A stretch of DNA of 32,000 nucleotides from Pyrolobus fumarii 1A (GCF_000223395.1 NC_015931.1:1140001-1172000), one strand, 5' to 3'. Shown: positions 1 through 8,182, numbered from the stretch's first letter. A program made the numbers and translations. Notes: generated from the letters alone by a model not told the origin.

Positions 1-894
1 AGGCATGACCCATTTCCCTCCGGGCCAGTCAACCTCCACGAAGTACGACCTGACTGTTAACCCCGTCTCCACGGTGAACCTCAGTACCACTTCCATCGTG
101 CCGTTCAGCACTGGTATCCGCCTCTCGGCTACCGTCTTGTCCGGGAGTAGCCTCCTATCCTGCCTGACCTTCACCACGACGTCGTGCGCGTAGCCGCTGA
201 GCCTTACCACCACGGTTACGGTCTCCCCCTCTGTTGCAGTGCCGCAGGGTACACCTCCGCAGAGCCACTCAACGCTCTCGATGTGGACTATGGGGTTGCC
301 AGAGTAGCCGGGTGCTATGCCAAGCTTCCGCTCAATACTCTCAACTACGCTCTTAACAGGCTTCATAGCCTTGGCTACAACCTCGCCAACCGGCACCCTG
401 CGCTCAAAGTAGACTACCATGCTTATGGGTAGCTTGGCACCGAGGAGGGTTAGCGGCACCACAGCCTCGCCCCTCAACACGATGTAGTTGGCCTCTTCGC
501 TCGACGAGGCCGCTAATGCCTCGAGGAGCTTGACTCCGTTGACATTCAGCCTTATCGGGAGTAGCTCCCAGCCGCCAGCCTTGACACAAGCGCCATGCTC
601 CGAGCGGAAGGTGCCAATAACCTCACCACCAAGCATGATAACACCATGCACCTCATCAATGCAGAGCATCACCGGTAGAGGCGCGCGAGGCGACACGTTA
701 AGATAGACGGTGAACTCCGCGCTGCCACCCTTCAAGAGCCCAACCAGGCCCGTAACCAGGCCCTTGACGTCAGCAACCTGGATGCCACCCTCCTCTAGGC
801 TGGAGGCAGCAACTTGCACAGCGTACCCATAGACGCCCAGGAGTATCACAGCAAGCACAACGATAGACGTTACTACCTTCGCCACCCTACCCAT
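1..894 (-). CDS. Membrane-anchored LEA14/WHy-like (LEA_2-type) protein with a C-terminal beta-rich domain. The C-terminus runs off the window. Paralog of 26671..27597.
   Basis: ATG at 894..892. I read all 298 minus-strand codons down to position 1 and found no stop. It is absent from the supplied track because no stop lies inside the window. The N-terminus MGRVAKVVTSIVVLAVILLGVYGYAV looks like a TM anchor. The C-terminal part ...VVVKVRQDRRLLPDKTVAERRIPVLNGT...SYFVEVDWPGGKWVMP aligns with ...VVVRVKQDRRLLPDKVVAEKRVPTVNGS...GYFVEVEWPEGKYVMP of 26671..27597. The fold name is from memory of the LEA_2 pattern. Confidence 0.7.
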   Translation of the reverse strand, partial: MGRVAKVVTSIVVLAVILLGVYGYAVQVAASSLEEGGIQVADVKGLVTGLVGLLKGGSAEFTVYLNVSPRAPLPVMLCIDEVHGVIMLGGEVIGTFRSEHGACVKAGGWELLPIRLNVNGVKLLEALAASSSEEANYIVLRGEAVVPLTLLGAKLPISMVVYFERRVPVGEVVAKAMKPVKSVVESIERKLGIAPGYSGNPIVHIESVEWLCGGVPCGTATEGETVTVVVRLSGYAHDVVVKVRQDRRLLPDKTVAERRIPVLNGTMEVVLRFTVETGLTVRSYFVEVDWPGGKWVMP

Positions 895-1164
895 ATCCCC
901 ACCCCACGCATATACATACACGCATAATCAACTAAAAATACCTTAACCAGACTCTATGCGCAACCTACTCGACCCAACCAACCGCCTAGAACAGGCTACG
1001 CTAGCCAATACCCCAGACAAGACAATCATATACACAGAGAGCAACAGTATAACACACGACGTGCTACTAGACGCCATTCCCTGCTACACATGGGTGGGTA
1101 GCGGAGCCTGCACTGTCAGCGGCTACCTCTGCGGTGGTAGATCCTGGAAACAAGACTAGGCGGC

Positions 1165-2619
1165 GTGTCCAATCACTTTAGTGGCTGGGGTTTCCCCATA
1201 CCCCTCTTTGGGTATGTGGTTGTGCGTGGCTGCCGTCTTATTGCGAGGAGCCTGGAAGTGCAAGGTTTCAAGAGCCTGCGTGACGTGAGGATCGAACTGA
1301 TGCCTGGGATTAACGTTGTTGTAGGTCCAAACGCATCGGGAAAGAGTAACATTGTTGATCTTTTTCTGTTCCTCCGGAAGGCTCTCTATGATGAACTCGG
1401 ACGTGTGCCTTATGCTCCTCACCTGCCTTGGGGTGACCCGAGGAACCTCACCTGGGAGACGAGCGGACTGCCGGTACGTGTCGCGATAGAGTACGAGCTG
1501 GTACTCGAGAAAGACGTGCGTCAGACTGTCATATATGAGGTCGTGTTCGGCCTTGAGGAGGGTGCGACCCTAAAGCCTATAGAGGAGTACATCCGCGTCC
1601 CGGTGCTTAATGCTGCACTGCTGCGGCGAGGTAGAAGGATAGACGTCTATCTCAGCAGGCGTTGGGGTAGAATAGAGCAGCTCGGAACCATGATGAAAAA
1701 AGCCGCTACTCTACTCGGTGCGGCGGAACTTGAGATACGGTGCGATGCACGCGGTTGCTACGCGGGCGCTACAGTCGAAAAAGAGTTCACCAGCATCTTT
1801 CAACTCGTCCCGATAACCTACGAGCCGTTGTTCGAGGCACTAAGCGACGTGATTAGAGAGTTTAGAGACCTGACTCGCCGCCTTAGTATCCGGTTTTACC
1901 GTAGCCTATCTATGGGCCTAGTCCTACCCTGGCCCCGCATCTTAAACCCGTGCTTAGAGCTAAACCGCTTACTACTGGTTATCCGCTCGTTCTTCGCCCG
2001 TATAGTGGCGTTACGCCTCATAGACTATTACCGTGCTAAGTGGCCACATAGGCCGAGCGTACGCGATAGGCTCGAGCCAGATGCTAGCAACCTAGCAGAG
2101 GTTATCTATACGCTGCTTAATGATCCGGAGAAGAGAGGCAAGCTCGAGAGTGTCGTCAGGAGTCTTTTCCCGTGGCTAAGGTTTAGTGTGGAGTTCGATG
2201 CTTACGGCAACATAGTCTTAAAGTTCTATGAGGAGAGGGGCGGACGCCTGCTAGAGTTACATCCAGCCATGGTTCCCGAGGGAGTAATAAAGCTACTCAC
2301 AGTGATGACCGGAATCCTCCTAGAACCAAGTATCCTCGTCATTGACGAGATAGAGGACAGTATGCATGCACGCATGATAGAACGATTGTTCGATGAACTC
2401 CGAGGTTTAGAGACCCCCGTCATTCTCACAACACACTCGCCAGTGATAGTCGACCTGGCAGGCCCCGAGCGCCTCATAGTATTGAGGAGAGGCAGTGATG
2501 GCGCTACAATCGCGGAGAGAGTAAGAGAGCCACAGAAGCTCCGCAAGATGCTCGAGGAGGAGGGCGTAACTCTAGGCTACTATTATCTTCACGCTCTGCC
2601 AGAGGAGGACACGGCATGA
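1165..2619 (+). CDS. ABC-type (SMC/RecF-like, AAA_15/AAA_21-type) ATPase; predicted NTPase subunit of a two-gene defence-like cassette.
   Basis: The N-terminus LEVQGFKSLRDVRIELMPGINVVVGPNASGKSNIVD contains a Walker A motif. The C-terminus has PEGVIKLLTVMTGILLEPSILVIDEIEDSMH (signature-like segment, Walker B, D-loop) and ILTTHSPVIVD (H-switch). The true start is probably an internal GTG at 1216 or 1222, because the first ~17 codons of the track ORF precede the usual N-terminal strand. Confidence 0.8.
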   Translation: MSNHFSGWGFPIPLFGYVVVRGCRLIARSLEVQGFKSLRDVRIELMPGINVVVGPNASGKSNIVDLFLFLRKALYDELGRVPYAPHLPWGDPRNLTWETSGLPVRVAIEYELVLEKDVRQTVIYEVVFGLEEGATLKPIEEYIRVPVLNAALLRRGRRIDVYLSRRWGRIEQLGTMMKKAATLLGAAELEIRCDARGCYAGATVEKEFTSIFQLVPITYEPLFEALSDVIREFRDLTRRLSIRFYRSLSMGLVLPWPRILNPCLELNRLLLVIRSFFARIVALRLIDYYRAKWPHRPSVRDRLEPDASNLAEVIYTLLNDPEKRGKLESVVRSLFPWLRFSVEFDAYGNIVLKFYEERGGRLLELHPAMVPEGVIKLLTVMTGILLEPSILVIDEIEDSMHARMIERLFDELRGLETPVILTTHSPVIVDLAGPERLIVLRRGSDGATIAERVREPQKLRKMLEEEGVTLGYYYLHALPEEDTA

Positions 2620-3224
2620 GCAAAACTATACGCATCTTTACACTAGTCGAAGATTCTAGGGGTCAACTAGCAATACACACCATCGTAAAGAGGCTAATTG
2701 ACTGTACCAGTCTAGTCTGCAACTGCAGGCTAGCACACCGCGTAGAGATGGCAAGAGCCCAGAAGTTCAAAGGCCCATGCAACCAAAGCTCCAGAATGCA
2801 AGTCAAGAGTCTAAAGGTACAAGCCAAGATGCGTGACAGAATACCATTGATACTAGTTTTCATCGACACTGATGTTTACAGGGATTACGATGAGATGGTT
2901 GAAAGGGTTTGCATGCATACCCGCGAGGAGTGTGAAAGCGGCCTGCTCTACGTTATACCCGTCGAGCATAACCTAGAGCACCTGCTATGCAGGATAATGG
3001 TTGCTACCAACACTGTAACCGGAAGCTGCAGAGACCCCGAAGGCACACTCTCAAGGCTCCTAGGCCACAAGTACGAGAAGACGTTTGCAGATAGACTAGC
3101 TCCACGCCTCGAAAGGAGCCTATCCGACTGTAAGGTAGTAGCAAGCCTCGCTAACAACATCAAGACATTACACGCCATCGCCGACGTGCTATGCAAACTA
3201 CTATGCAGCGAAAGCAACACATGA
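2616..3224 (+). CDS. Small TOPRIM-like protein (DUF4276/DUF4435-like); predicted nuclease partner of the upstream ATPase.
   Basis: Its ATG overlaps the ATPase TGA (ATGA at 2616-2619). An N-terminal acidic motif IRIFTLVEDSRG is followed by LILVFIDTDV (DxD) and VIPVEHNLEHLL. This matches the E...DxD...E layout of TOPRIM/OLD-type domains, and the 202-aa size is typical of DUF4276 as I recall it. The gene is visibly AT-richer than the ATPase gene. Confidence 0.5.
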   Translation: MSKTIRIFTLVEDSRGQLAIHTIVKRLIDCTSLVCNCRLAHRVEMARAQKFKGPCNQSSRMQVKSLKVQAKMRDRIPLILVFIDTDVYRDYDEMVERVCMHTREECESGLLYVIPVEHNLEHLLCRIMVATNTVTGSCRDPEGTLSRLLGHKYEKTFADRLAPRLERSLSDCKVVASLANNIKTLHAIADVLCKLLCSESNT

Positions 3225-3343
3225 AACAGTCGTTAAGCGGTAGTCAAAAACAATGCTAGTACAGTGCTCTTCGTCGAGAAGGGACACCCGCATCACAACG
3301 CTTCTTATTACCTCATTACTTGTAACCTCTTATCTCCTAGAGG

Positions 3344-4114
3344 GTGTTGTGCATGGAGACTGCTGCCAGTATCCTCTTATTCATTATGGGCTTGTTCCTA
3401 GTGCTCCTTGTGTTCCCGGTTGCATTTTACGCTAGCGCAGCGCTCGGCTACCTACTGGGCCTCGTCGCACTCGGGATAGGCGCCTACCTGATATTCAAAC
3501 GCGGTGGCAGAATCCTGCCAGCGGTTCTCGGCGTGATGCTCAGCGCCGCAGCGATCATAGCCTTAGGGGGTACAGCCCTGATACACATGAGCGTCTACGT
3601 AGCCAAGGAGGCTGTTGAGGAAGCTGCCGAGATGCTCCAGAACACCACTAGGACGAGAAGCCTGTCTGGCGTCGTCGGAGAGAGCCTCCAGGTGAACGAC
3701 TGGGCCATAAAAGTCGAGGAGGTGAGGGAGACAACAAGCATACTATACGACTCTACCCTGTACAAGGCGAAACCGGGCTACAAGATAGTAGTAGTGCGGC
3801 TGAGGGTAGAGAACACCGGCGGCGACGTGAAACACCTAACCGAGCTATGGGGGTATACCCTCGTCACCAACAGCAACAAGAGTTATGACAGCATATACCC
3901 GTTAGAGCTAGAACTCGTCTGGAACCTCACACCCAAGGACAAGGCAGAAGCTATAAAAGTCAAGCAAGTAAGCGGGGCAACTACACTGCCGCCAGGAGCA
4001 CACACCGAGTACGACATACTATTCCAGATACCCAGCAACGAGAACCCCCAGAAACTAGTAATCAGGATTGGGTTCGTAGGCGGGTACCTCGTTACGATAA
4101 AGCTAACGAGGTAA
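3344..4114 (+). CDS. Membrane protein with a C-terminal DUF4352-like (Ig-like, extracytoplasmic) domain.
   Basis: Three hydrophobic helices (ILLFIMGLFLVLLVFPVAFYA, LGYLLGLVALGIGAYLIF, LPAVLGVMLSAAAIIALGGTALI) precede VNDWAIKVEEVRE...GYKIVVVRLRVENTGGD...LPPGAHTEYDILFQIP, the usual DUF4352 pattern. The likely start is ATG 3353. Confidence 0.6.
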   Translation: MLCMETAASILLFIMGLFLVLLVFPVAFYASAALGYLLGLVALGIGAYLIFKRGGRILPAVLGVMLSAAAIIALGGTALIHMSVYVAKEAVEEAAEMLQNTTRTRSLSGVVGESLQVNDWAIKVEEVRETTSILYDSTLYKAKPGYKIVVVRLRVENTGGDVKHLTELWGYTLVTNSNKSYDSIYPLELELVWNLTPKDKAEAIKVKQVSGATTLPPGAHTEYDILFQIPSNENPQKLVIRIGFVGGYLVTIKLTR

Positions 4115-4196
4115 GACATGTGCAACGTGCCAGTCTTTTACTAGCTACGTGTTAGCCTCGTCATACCTGGAGCCGTTGTGAGAACCTATACGTGAT

Positions 4197-4645
4197 CTAC
4201 GGGACGGCTTTGAGTCGAGGTACTCTCTTGAAGTCCTCGTCGAAGGTGAGGATGATGTTTATGCCATAGCGTTTACACGTTAAAGCTATGATTGCGTCGC
4301 TCGGTAGGAGTCTTAGACGATTAGCAGTTTCTACCGCATCGTGTGCTCCACATTCTCTACTAAAACCTCTACCTCAAGGTCTTCCAGCAGTCCACGTATA
4401 CTGTCAACAATGAGCCTGGGGTATCCTCTATCCGCTATTAGTCTCCGTAGGCTGTAAGGGCCTCTAGCCCCCGTAACCTGGTAGTATTTCCTTGTGGCGA
4501 CGTAGAGTAGCTCGTTTACCACGGTTAGGCTCGTGTAGAACTCTATATCCTCATAGTCTTCTAGGAGCCTTCGTGCTGTTCGGGTCAAGCGGGTCTCGAA
4601 CAATATGTTGTAGAATGTGTTGGTGTCTATGAACACGCCGTTCAC
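4197..4645 (-). pseudogene. PIN-domain (VapC-like) toxin gene split by a frameshift.
   Basis: ORF 4331..4645 gives MNGVFIDTNTFYNI...LTVVNELLYV... and stops after ...ENVEHTMR. A different minus frame continues HDAVETANRLRLLPSDAIIALTCKRYGINIILTFDEDFKRVPRLKAVP* to a stop at 4197-4199. All four PIN acidic positions (FIDTN, NEL, SDAI, TFDEDF) are present but lie in two frames. Confidence 0.65.
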
Positions 4646-4843
4646 TGCGCCTGAGCCTCCTCCTCCTCGTACCTTTTCAACTCCTCGATGCTAGCTCTAC
4701 TAAACACCCCGACATACTTGTCGAGAACCTCTCACTCTACGCTTACGTATGAAGACTATCAGCTCCTCACACTCCTCCAGATCCAGCTTCTCAAGAGGCT
4801 TCAACACACCCTTCTCGTACCACACACGTACAACTTTAGACAA
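4642..4843 (-). pseudogene. DUF104/AF2212-like (VapB-type) antitoxin gene, apparently frameshifted.
   Basis: TTG at 4843 opens LSKVVRVWYEKGVLKPLEKLDLEECEELIVFIRKRR..., the typical DUF104 N-terminus, and stops at 4700-4702. A second frame (open from 4731) reads LDKYVGVFSRASIEELKRYEEEEAQAQ* and ends in a GTGA overlap with the PIN start (4645-4642), as expected of the original coupled operon. The ORF is too short for the supplied track. Confidence 0.5.
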
Positions 4844-4890
4844 CCTCCTCAACCCCGAGCATACACGAGGTTCTCAAGACCCTAGTATTT

Positions 4891-5140
4891 TTACCCATAC
4901 CTTGGATGGTTGAAAAGGAGATGTAAATTACTACGTCCCTCGAGGGATAGAAGGCGTGGCGCCGTGAGGCCCGAGTCTCTGGCTAGTATGATCCCCCAGG
5001 CTTGTCGTCATCCCGATCAGCTCTTGGTCATTGATATCCCTTACACTTATATTTTGTAGACGAACAGCATCTACGCCGTTCTTCTTTAAGAGCATCACCA
5101 GCCTCTCGGGTATATTCTCGTCGGCTAGAAGCCTCAGCAA
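4891..5140 (-). pseudogene. DUF5615 (Mut7-C/PIN-like) toxin-type gene, probably frameshifted at a homopolymer.
   Basis: MLRLLADENIPERLVMLLKKNGVDAVRLQNISVRDINDQELIG is the characteristic DUF5615 N-terminus, but the tail of the track ORF (...TTSLGDHTSQRLGPHGATPSIPRGT) is not protein-like. Removing one base from the C5 run at 4993-4997 (G5 on the coding strand) gives ...SLGIILARDSGLTAPRLLSLEGRSNLHLLFNHPRYG*, with a stop at 4891-4893. Confidence 0.45.
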
Positions 5141-5367
5141 CTACCATAACCCCTCTCAACGTCTCGTATGTGAACCTTGGGGCCTCGTAGACCGCCTCCA
5201 ACGGTATCTTAAGTTCCTTGGCAATCTCCTTAGGCTCCCAGCCAGCCTCAAGCATCTCGAGTATATCGTCAACAAACACACTTGTCTCTCACAGTAGGCT
5301 TGCCGCCACGCCGATCCGTGACCGCTTCAAGCCACTTACATCTCAGGCAAGACCCACCCTGAGGCAA
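5028..5367 (-). pseudogene. DUF433 antitoxin-type gene, frameshifted; partner of the DUF5615 gene.
   Basis: One minus frame reads ...KWLEAVTDRRGGKPTVRDKCVC* (stop 5269-5271). The next frame starts at 5279 with FVDDILEMLEAGWEPKEIAKELKIPLEAVYEA. Joined, they reproduce the DUF433 consensus (GkPvi.GTRi.V.dil.ll.aG.s.eeIa..yp.l..e.v.aAl). The 3' end is uncertain because the frame reads on into the DUF5615 gene. Confidence 0.5.
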
Positions 5368-5464
5368 TATCTCTAGACGAAAAGGTGTTACCCATAGCAA
5401 GGATAGACAAGGGTTGATTGCACTCCCACTCCAGGGTAGCGCTCTGCAGTACTCCACGGGAAGC

Positions 5465-6115
5465 CTATCTCTCACTACCGCTCCTCTCTTCCTCTCTCTG
5501 GGCGCCAGCGAGCAGCTTGTACAACTCGTCTATCCTCCTGTTAGTCTCGTCGATGCGTCTGTTCGTCTCCTCGATCTTCCTGCTAAGCTCGTCCCGCATC
5601 CTGTCCATCCTACTGCTTAGCTCGCTATACACCTCCTCGATTTTCCTACTCAGCTCGCTGCGCACCTCATCTATCTTCCTCGCGAGGCCCTCATAGACCC
5701 TGCTGATCTTCTCGCTCAGCTCGTCGTGAACCTTATCTATCCTCCTGTTCACCTCGTCTATGCGCTTGTTAAGCCCGTCGATTCTCTCGTTGATCCTCTC
5801 GTTCAACTCGTTTATCCTTTTATTCGTCTCATCTATACGCTTGTTCACCTCGTCTATCCTCTTGTTTGTCTCGTTGATCCTCCTGTTTAGCTCGTCGTGA
5901 ACCCGGTCAATCCTCCTGTTCGTCTCGTCTATACGCCTATGGACGAGCATAATCTGCTCGAGGATCTCCCTCCTAGACTCCCGGACCTCGTTGTAAACCA
6001 GGTCGAGCATCAGGAGCATGATCTCCTCGGGAGCAAGCCTCTTCCCACTCCTCACCTTCTCCAGTATAACCCTAGAAGCCTCCGCCAAGACACTAGCCAG
6101 GAGATCACTAGACAC
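5465..6115 (-). CDS. Coiled-coil protein built from heptad N(K/R)RIDE(T/V)-type repeats.
   Basis: Residues ~59-198 read RRIDETN RRIDRVH DELNRRI NETNKRIDEVNKRIDETNKRINELNERINERIDGLNKRIDEVNRRIDKVHDEL...IEETNRRIDETNRRIDELYKLL. The whole ORF is open, and the plus-strand ORFs opposite it are low-complexity shadows. Confidence 0.8.
   Translation of the reverse strand: MSSDLLASVLAEASRVILEKVRSGKRLAPEEIMLLMLDLVYNEVRESRREILEQIMLVHRRIDETNRRIDRVHDELNRRINETNKRIDEVNKRIDETNKRINELNERINERIDGLNKRIDEVNRRIDKVHDELSEKISRVYEGLARKIDEVRSELSRKIEEVYSELSSRMDRMRDELSRKIEETNRRIDETNRRIDELYKLLAGAQREEERSGSER
5522..5941 (-). repeat. In-frame, degenerate 21-nt tandem periodicity inside the coiled-coil CDS.
   Basis: Plus-strand units recur every 21 nt, for example ctcgtctatcctcctgtt / ctcgtcgatgcgtctgtt / ctcatctatacgcttgtt / ctcgtctatcctcttgtt / ctcgttgatcctcctgtt. 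This corresponds to the 7-aa protein repeat. Confidence 0.75.
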
Positions 6116-6397
6116 AGCACAACACCATAGTCAGATGCTAATCACCCACCCAAATGGGTTAAGATGCGTGAAGAGCCCCGAGTCCAAAAGCCGCCACACC
6201 TCATAGCCGATATTATAGCCGGTATTCGCAACACTACCCCCGCAAGCCACGGTTACCGCATCAACCTCTCCACCTCCCCACCGGGCTCGCCATCCGGAGG
6301 CTCAACGCCAAACCTACCCCCAGCAACCTCCCCCGAGCCGCAACGAGGACCTTCGCACATCAAGCTCCTTCAAGAGCCCATCCCATCCACGCCACGA

Positions 6398-6472
6398 GTG
6401 ATTCTCAACGCAGCGGCAATCATAGTCTTGGAGACGGTCTTGTTGCACACTAACATCTATGTAGCCAAGGGT
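6398..6472 (+). pseudogene. Short remnant homologous to the TM3 region of the DUF4352 membrane protein gene (3344..4114).
   Basis: VILNAAAIIVLE-TVLLHTNIYVAKG (6398-6472) aligns with VMLSAAAIIALGGTALIHMSVYVAKE (about 3533-3610) with a one-codon gap. The flanks show stops in all frames and no convincing continuation. Confidence 0.3.
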
Positions 6473-6957
6473 GACCCATTAACGCTGGTAGTACTGGTAG
6501 AGCAGTTGTAGCCACGCATACGATATGGTTACCCATGCATGATTGCCATTGTTTAGCTCGTGAGTAGCCTGGAGAATAGGGGTGGAGTAGGACAACTAGA
6601 GTCAACCGCACCGAAGCTAGGAGGCCTATGATATGATACACCTTGTGAGGCTGCACATGTGGACCTGAAGCGTGCCTATGTACTCATGTAGTATAGTAGT
6701 AGGTTCGTCATCCTTCCTCGTAGCTCTCTCAAACCTGTCTATCCTTCTCCCTCGAGTCTCCGCAGATTCTCCTTGTCGTCACCTCGCATAGCATAACGCT
6801 GATAGCCACTGTTCTTAGCTCTTTAGCTCTTCGGAGGCTTGCCCAGCACGGGTAGCCCGGCAAGCCTCCTCCTATTATCTCTCGATTAGCTATGGTAATG
6901 TGTGCCGCGCTTACACCAGTGCAGCTGAGGAGCCAGCTTAACGGTCGCCCCGGGGCC

Positions 6958-7302
6958 CTAGAGGAGTCTCATCCAGTACTCCATCGCATCCTGTACCACT
7001 ACACTCCTCTTCTTGGCCCTCTCGAACTCCTCCGGCGTATAGAGGAGTATTTCGAGCGACACGTCACCCGGCAACAGTTCCCGTATCATGGCATACCTCT
7101 TGCCTGGGTCGAGCCCCCTGAACCTCGGCGAGACTATGATGAGGTCTATGTCGCTATCCTCGAGCCAGTCGCCACGCGCATAGCTCCCGAAGAGGTAGAC
7201 CTGGGCCTCGCCGAGGACGGCCCTAACCCTCTCGACGATCTCCGCTAGCACCCTCCTGACCCTCTCTGGGAGCCCCGGTGAACCCGAGGAGCCTACCGAC
7301 AT
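6958..7302 (-). CDS. Minimal nucleotidyltransferase (MNT, Pol-beta superfamily), HEPN-MNT pair A.
   Basis: AQVYLFGSYARGDWLEDSDIDLIIVS carries the G[SG]...DxD motif. It overlaps the 3' end of the upstream HEPN gene. The true start may be the internal GTG giving MLAEIVERVRAVLGE.... Confidence 0.85.
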   Translation of the reverse strand: MSVGSSGSPGLPERVRRVLAEIVERVRAVLGEAQVYLFGSYARGDWLEDSDIDLIIVSPRFRGLDPGKRYAMIRELLPGDVSLEILLYTPEEFERAKKRSVVVQDAMEYWMRLL

Positions 7303-7669
7303 GCTCCACCACCCTCTCAGCTACACCCACAAGCCTCTCAGCAGTCTCCCTGGGTATACTCTCCCAGGGCCTCTCTAATCCGGCATTCGGGTACCTGGCG
7401 AGCGTATAGTAGGGGGTGAGCTCGGCGACACCCACGTAGAGCTCGCGGGGGAGCCTCAACCCGAGACCCTCGACGAGTCTAACAAGATCGTGTGTCTTAG
7501 GCGGCCTAGCCCTCTTCAATACCATGTATGCGGCTTTCAACGCCTTCTCGACAGCCTGGTGCGCGGCAAAAAGAGCCCAGTTGTACCTACCCCGCCTCAA
7601 CGCATCCCGAGCCTCATCGAGATCGACAAGAGCGCCATCAAACCAGTCTCTAGCCTCACTCCTAACCAA
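7223..7669 (-). CDS. HEPN-domain protein, pair A.
   Basis: ARDWFDGALVDLDEARDALRRGRYNWALFAAHQAVEKALKAAYMVLK...PKTHDLVRLVE...YTLARYPN is the typical PF05168-type HEPN layout. It lies immediately upstream of an MNT gene. Confidence 0.85.
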   Translation of the reverse strand: MVRSEARDWFDGALVDLDEARDALRRGRYNWALFAAHQAVEKALKAAYMVLKRARPPKTHDLVRLVEGLGLRLPRELYVGVAELTPYYTLARYPNAGLERPWESIPRETAERLVGVAERVVEHVGRLLGFTGAPREGQEGASGDRREG

Positions 7670-8182
7670 CGCTCCAACCCACTAGCACGCCACACACGCC
7701 GGGAGAAAAACGCGATGAAACCACGTTCGCAGCCACAAACCAAGAATACAAGGTCGTGGACCCGAGATACCCGCCCTAGCCGAGAGCACCTACCTCAAGC
7801 TGTCATACACGCCCGTGAGGCTCTGGCCTGAAGCGGTAACCATCTAGACTAGATTGGCACGCCGTGCACAGGTAGACCTGCGACATTTGAGATGGTCTAG
7901 GTGAGGAGAATGGAGGCTCGTGGGGACGCGAAGGACGTGGAGATGATCCTGTGCCGATGCTCGCAAGGCGTTTGCTCGATACGCGCCCGGCGAATATCTA
8001 GACATACGATGACAACGTGGCATTGCTGTTCCCGTTCGGAATGGTAGCGTGCTACCCGTAGACCGCGTGGTTTAAACTATCGGGTGGGCCTCGGGGACGC
8101 TGCCCGCGGGTTTCGCCGCTAGACCCCCAGAGCTTAAGACGGTGGAACGCTGGTTAACCGACCTTATGGGGCTTGCACGCCA

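Noticed and set aside
956-1159. A 67-aa ORF in the spacer upstream of the ABC ATPase.
   Set aside because: It has no motif and sits in the divergent promoter region between 894 (-) and the ATPase start. Its composition is unlike that of neighbouring proteins. It cannot be excluded as a small protein, but the evidence does not support calling it.
3253-3435. A 60-aa ORF overlapping the start of the DUF4352 membrane protein gene.
   Set aside because: It is out of frame with, and mostly inside the 5' end of, the better-supported 3344..4114 ORF. It has no independent evidence.
5522-5941. The regular short repeats could be mistaken for a CRISPR-like or satellite array.
   Set aside because: The period is 21 nt, the units are degenerate and contiguous with no spacers, and they translate in frame as heptads of a 216-aa coiled-coil ORF.
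7850-8182. A possible small ORF (ATG ~7911, about 47 codons) or ncRNA in the 513-nt divergent spacer between HEPN pair A and PaREP1-like copy 1.
   Set aside because: The ORF translation (MEARGDAKDVEMILCRCSQGVCSIRARR...) has no supporting features, and I could not define a convincing RNA structure by eye. Only the short upstream motif reported separately looks non-random.
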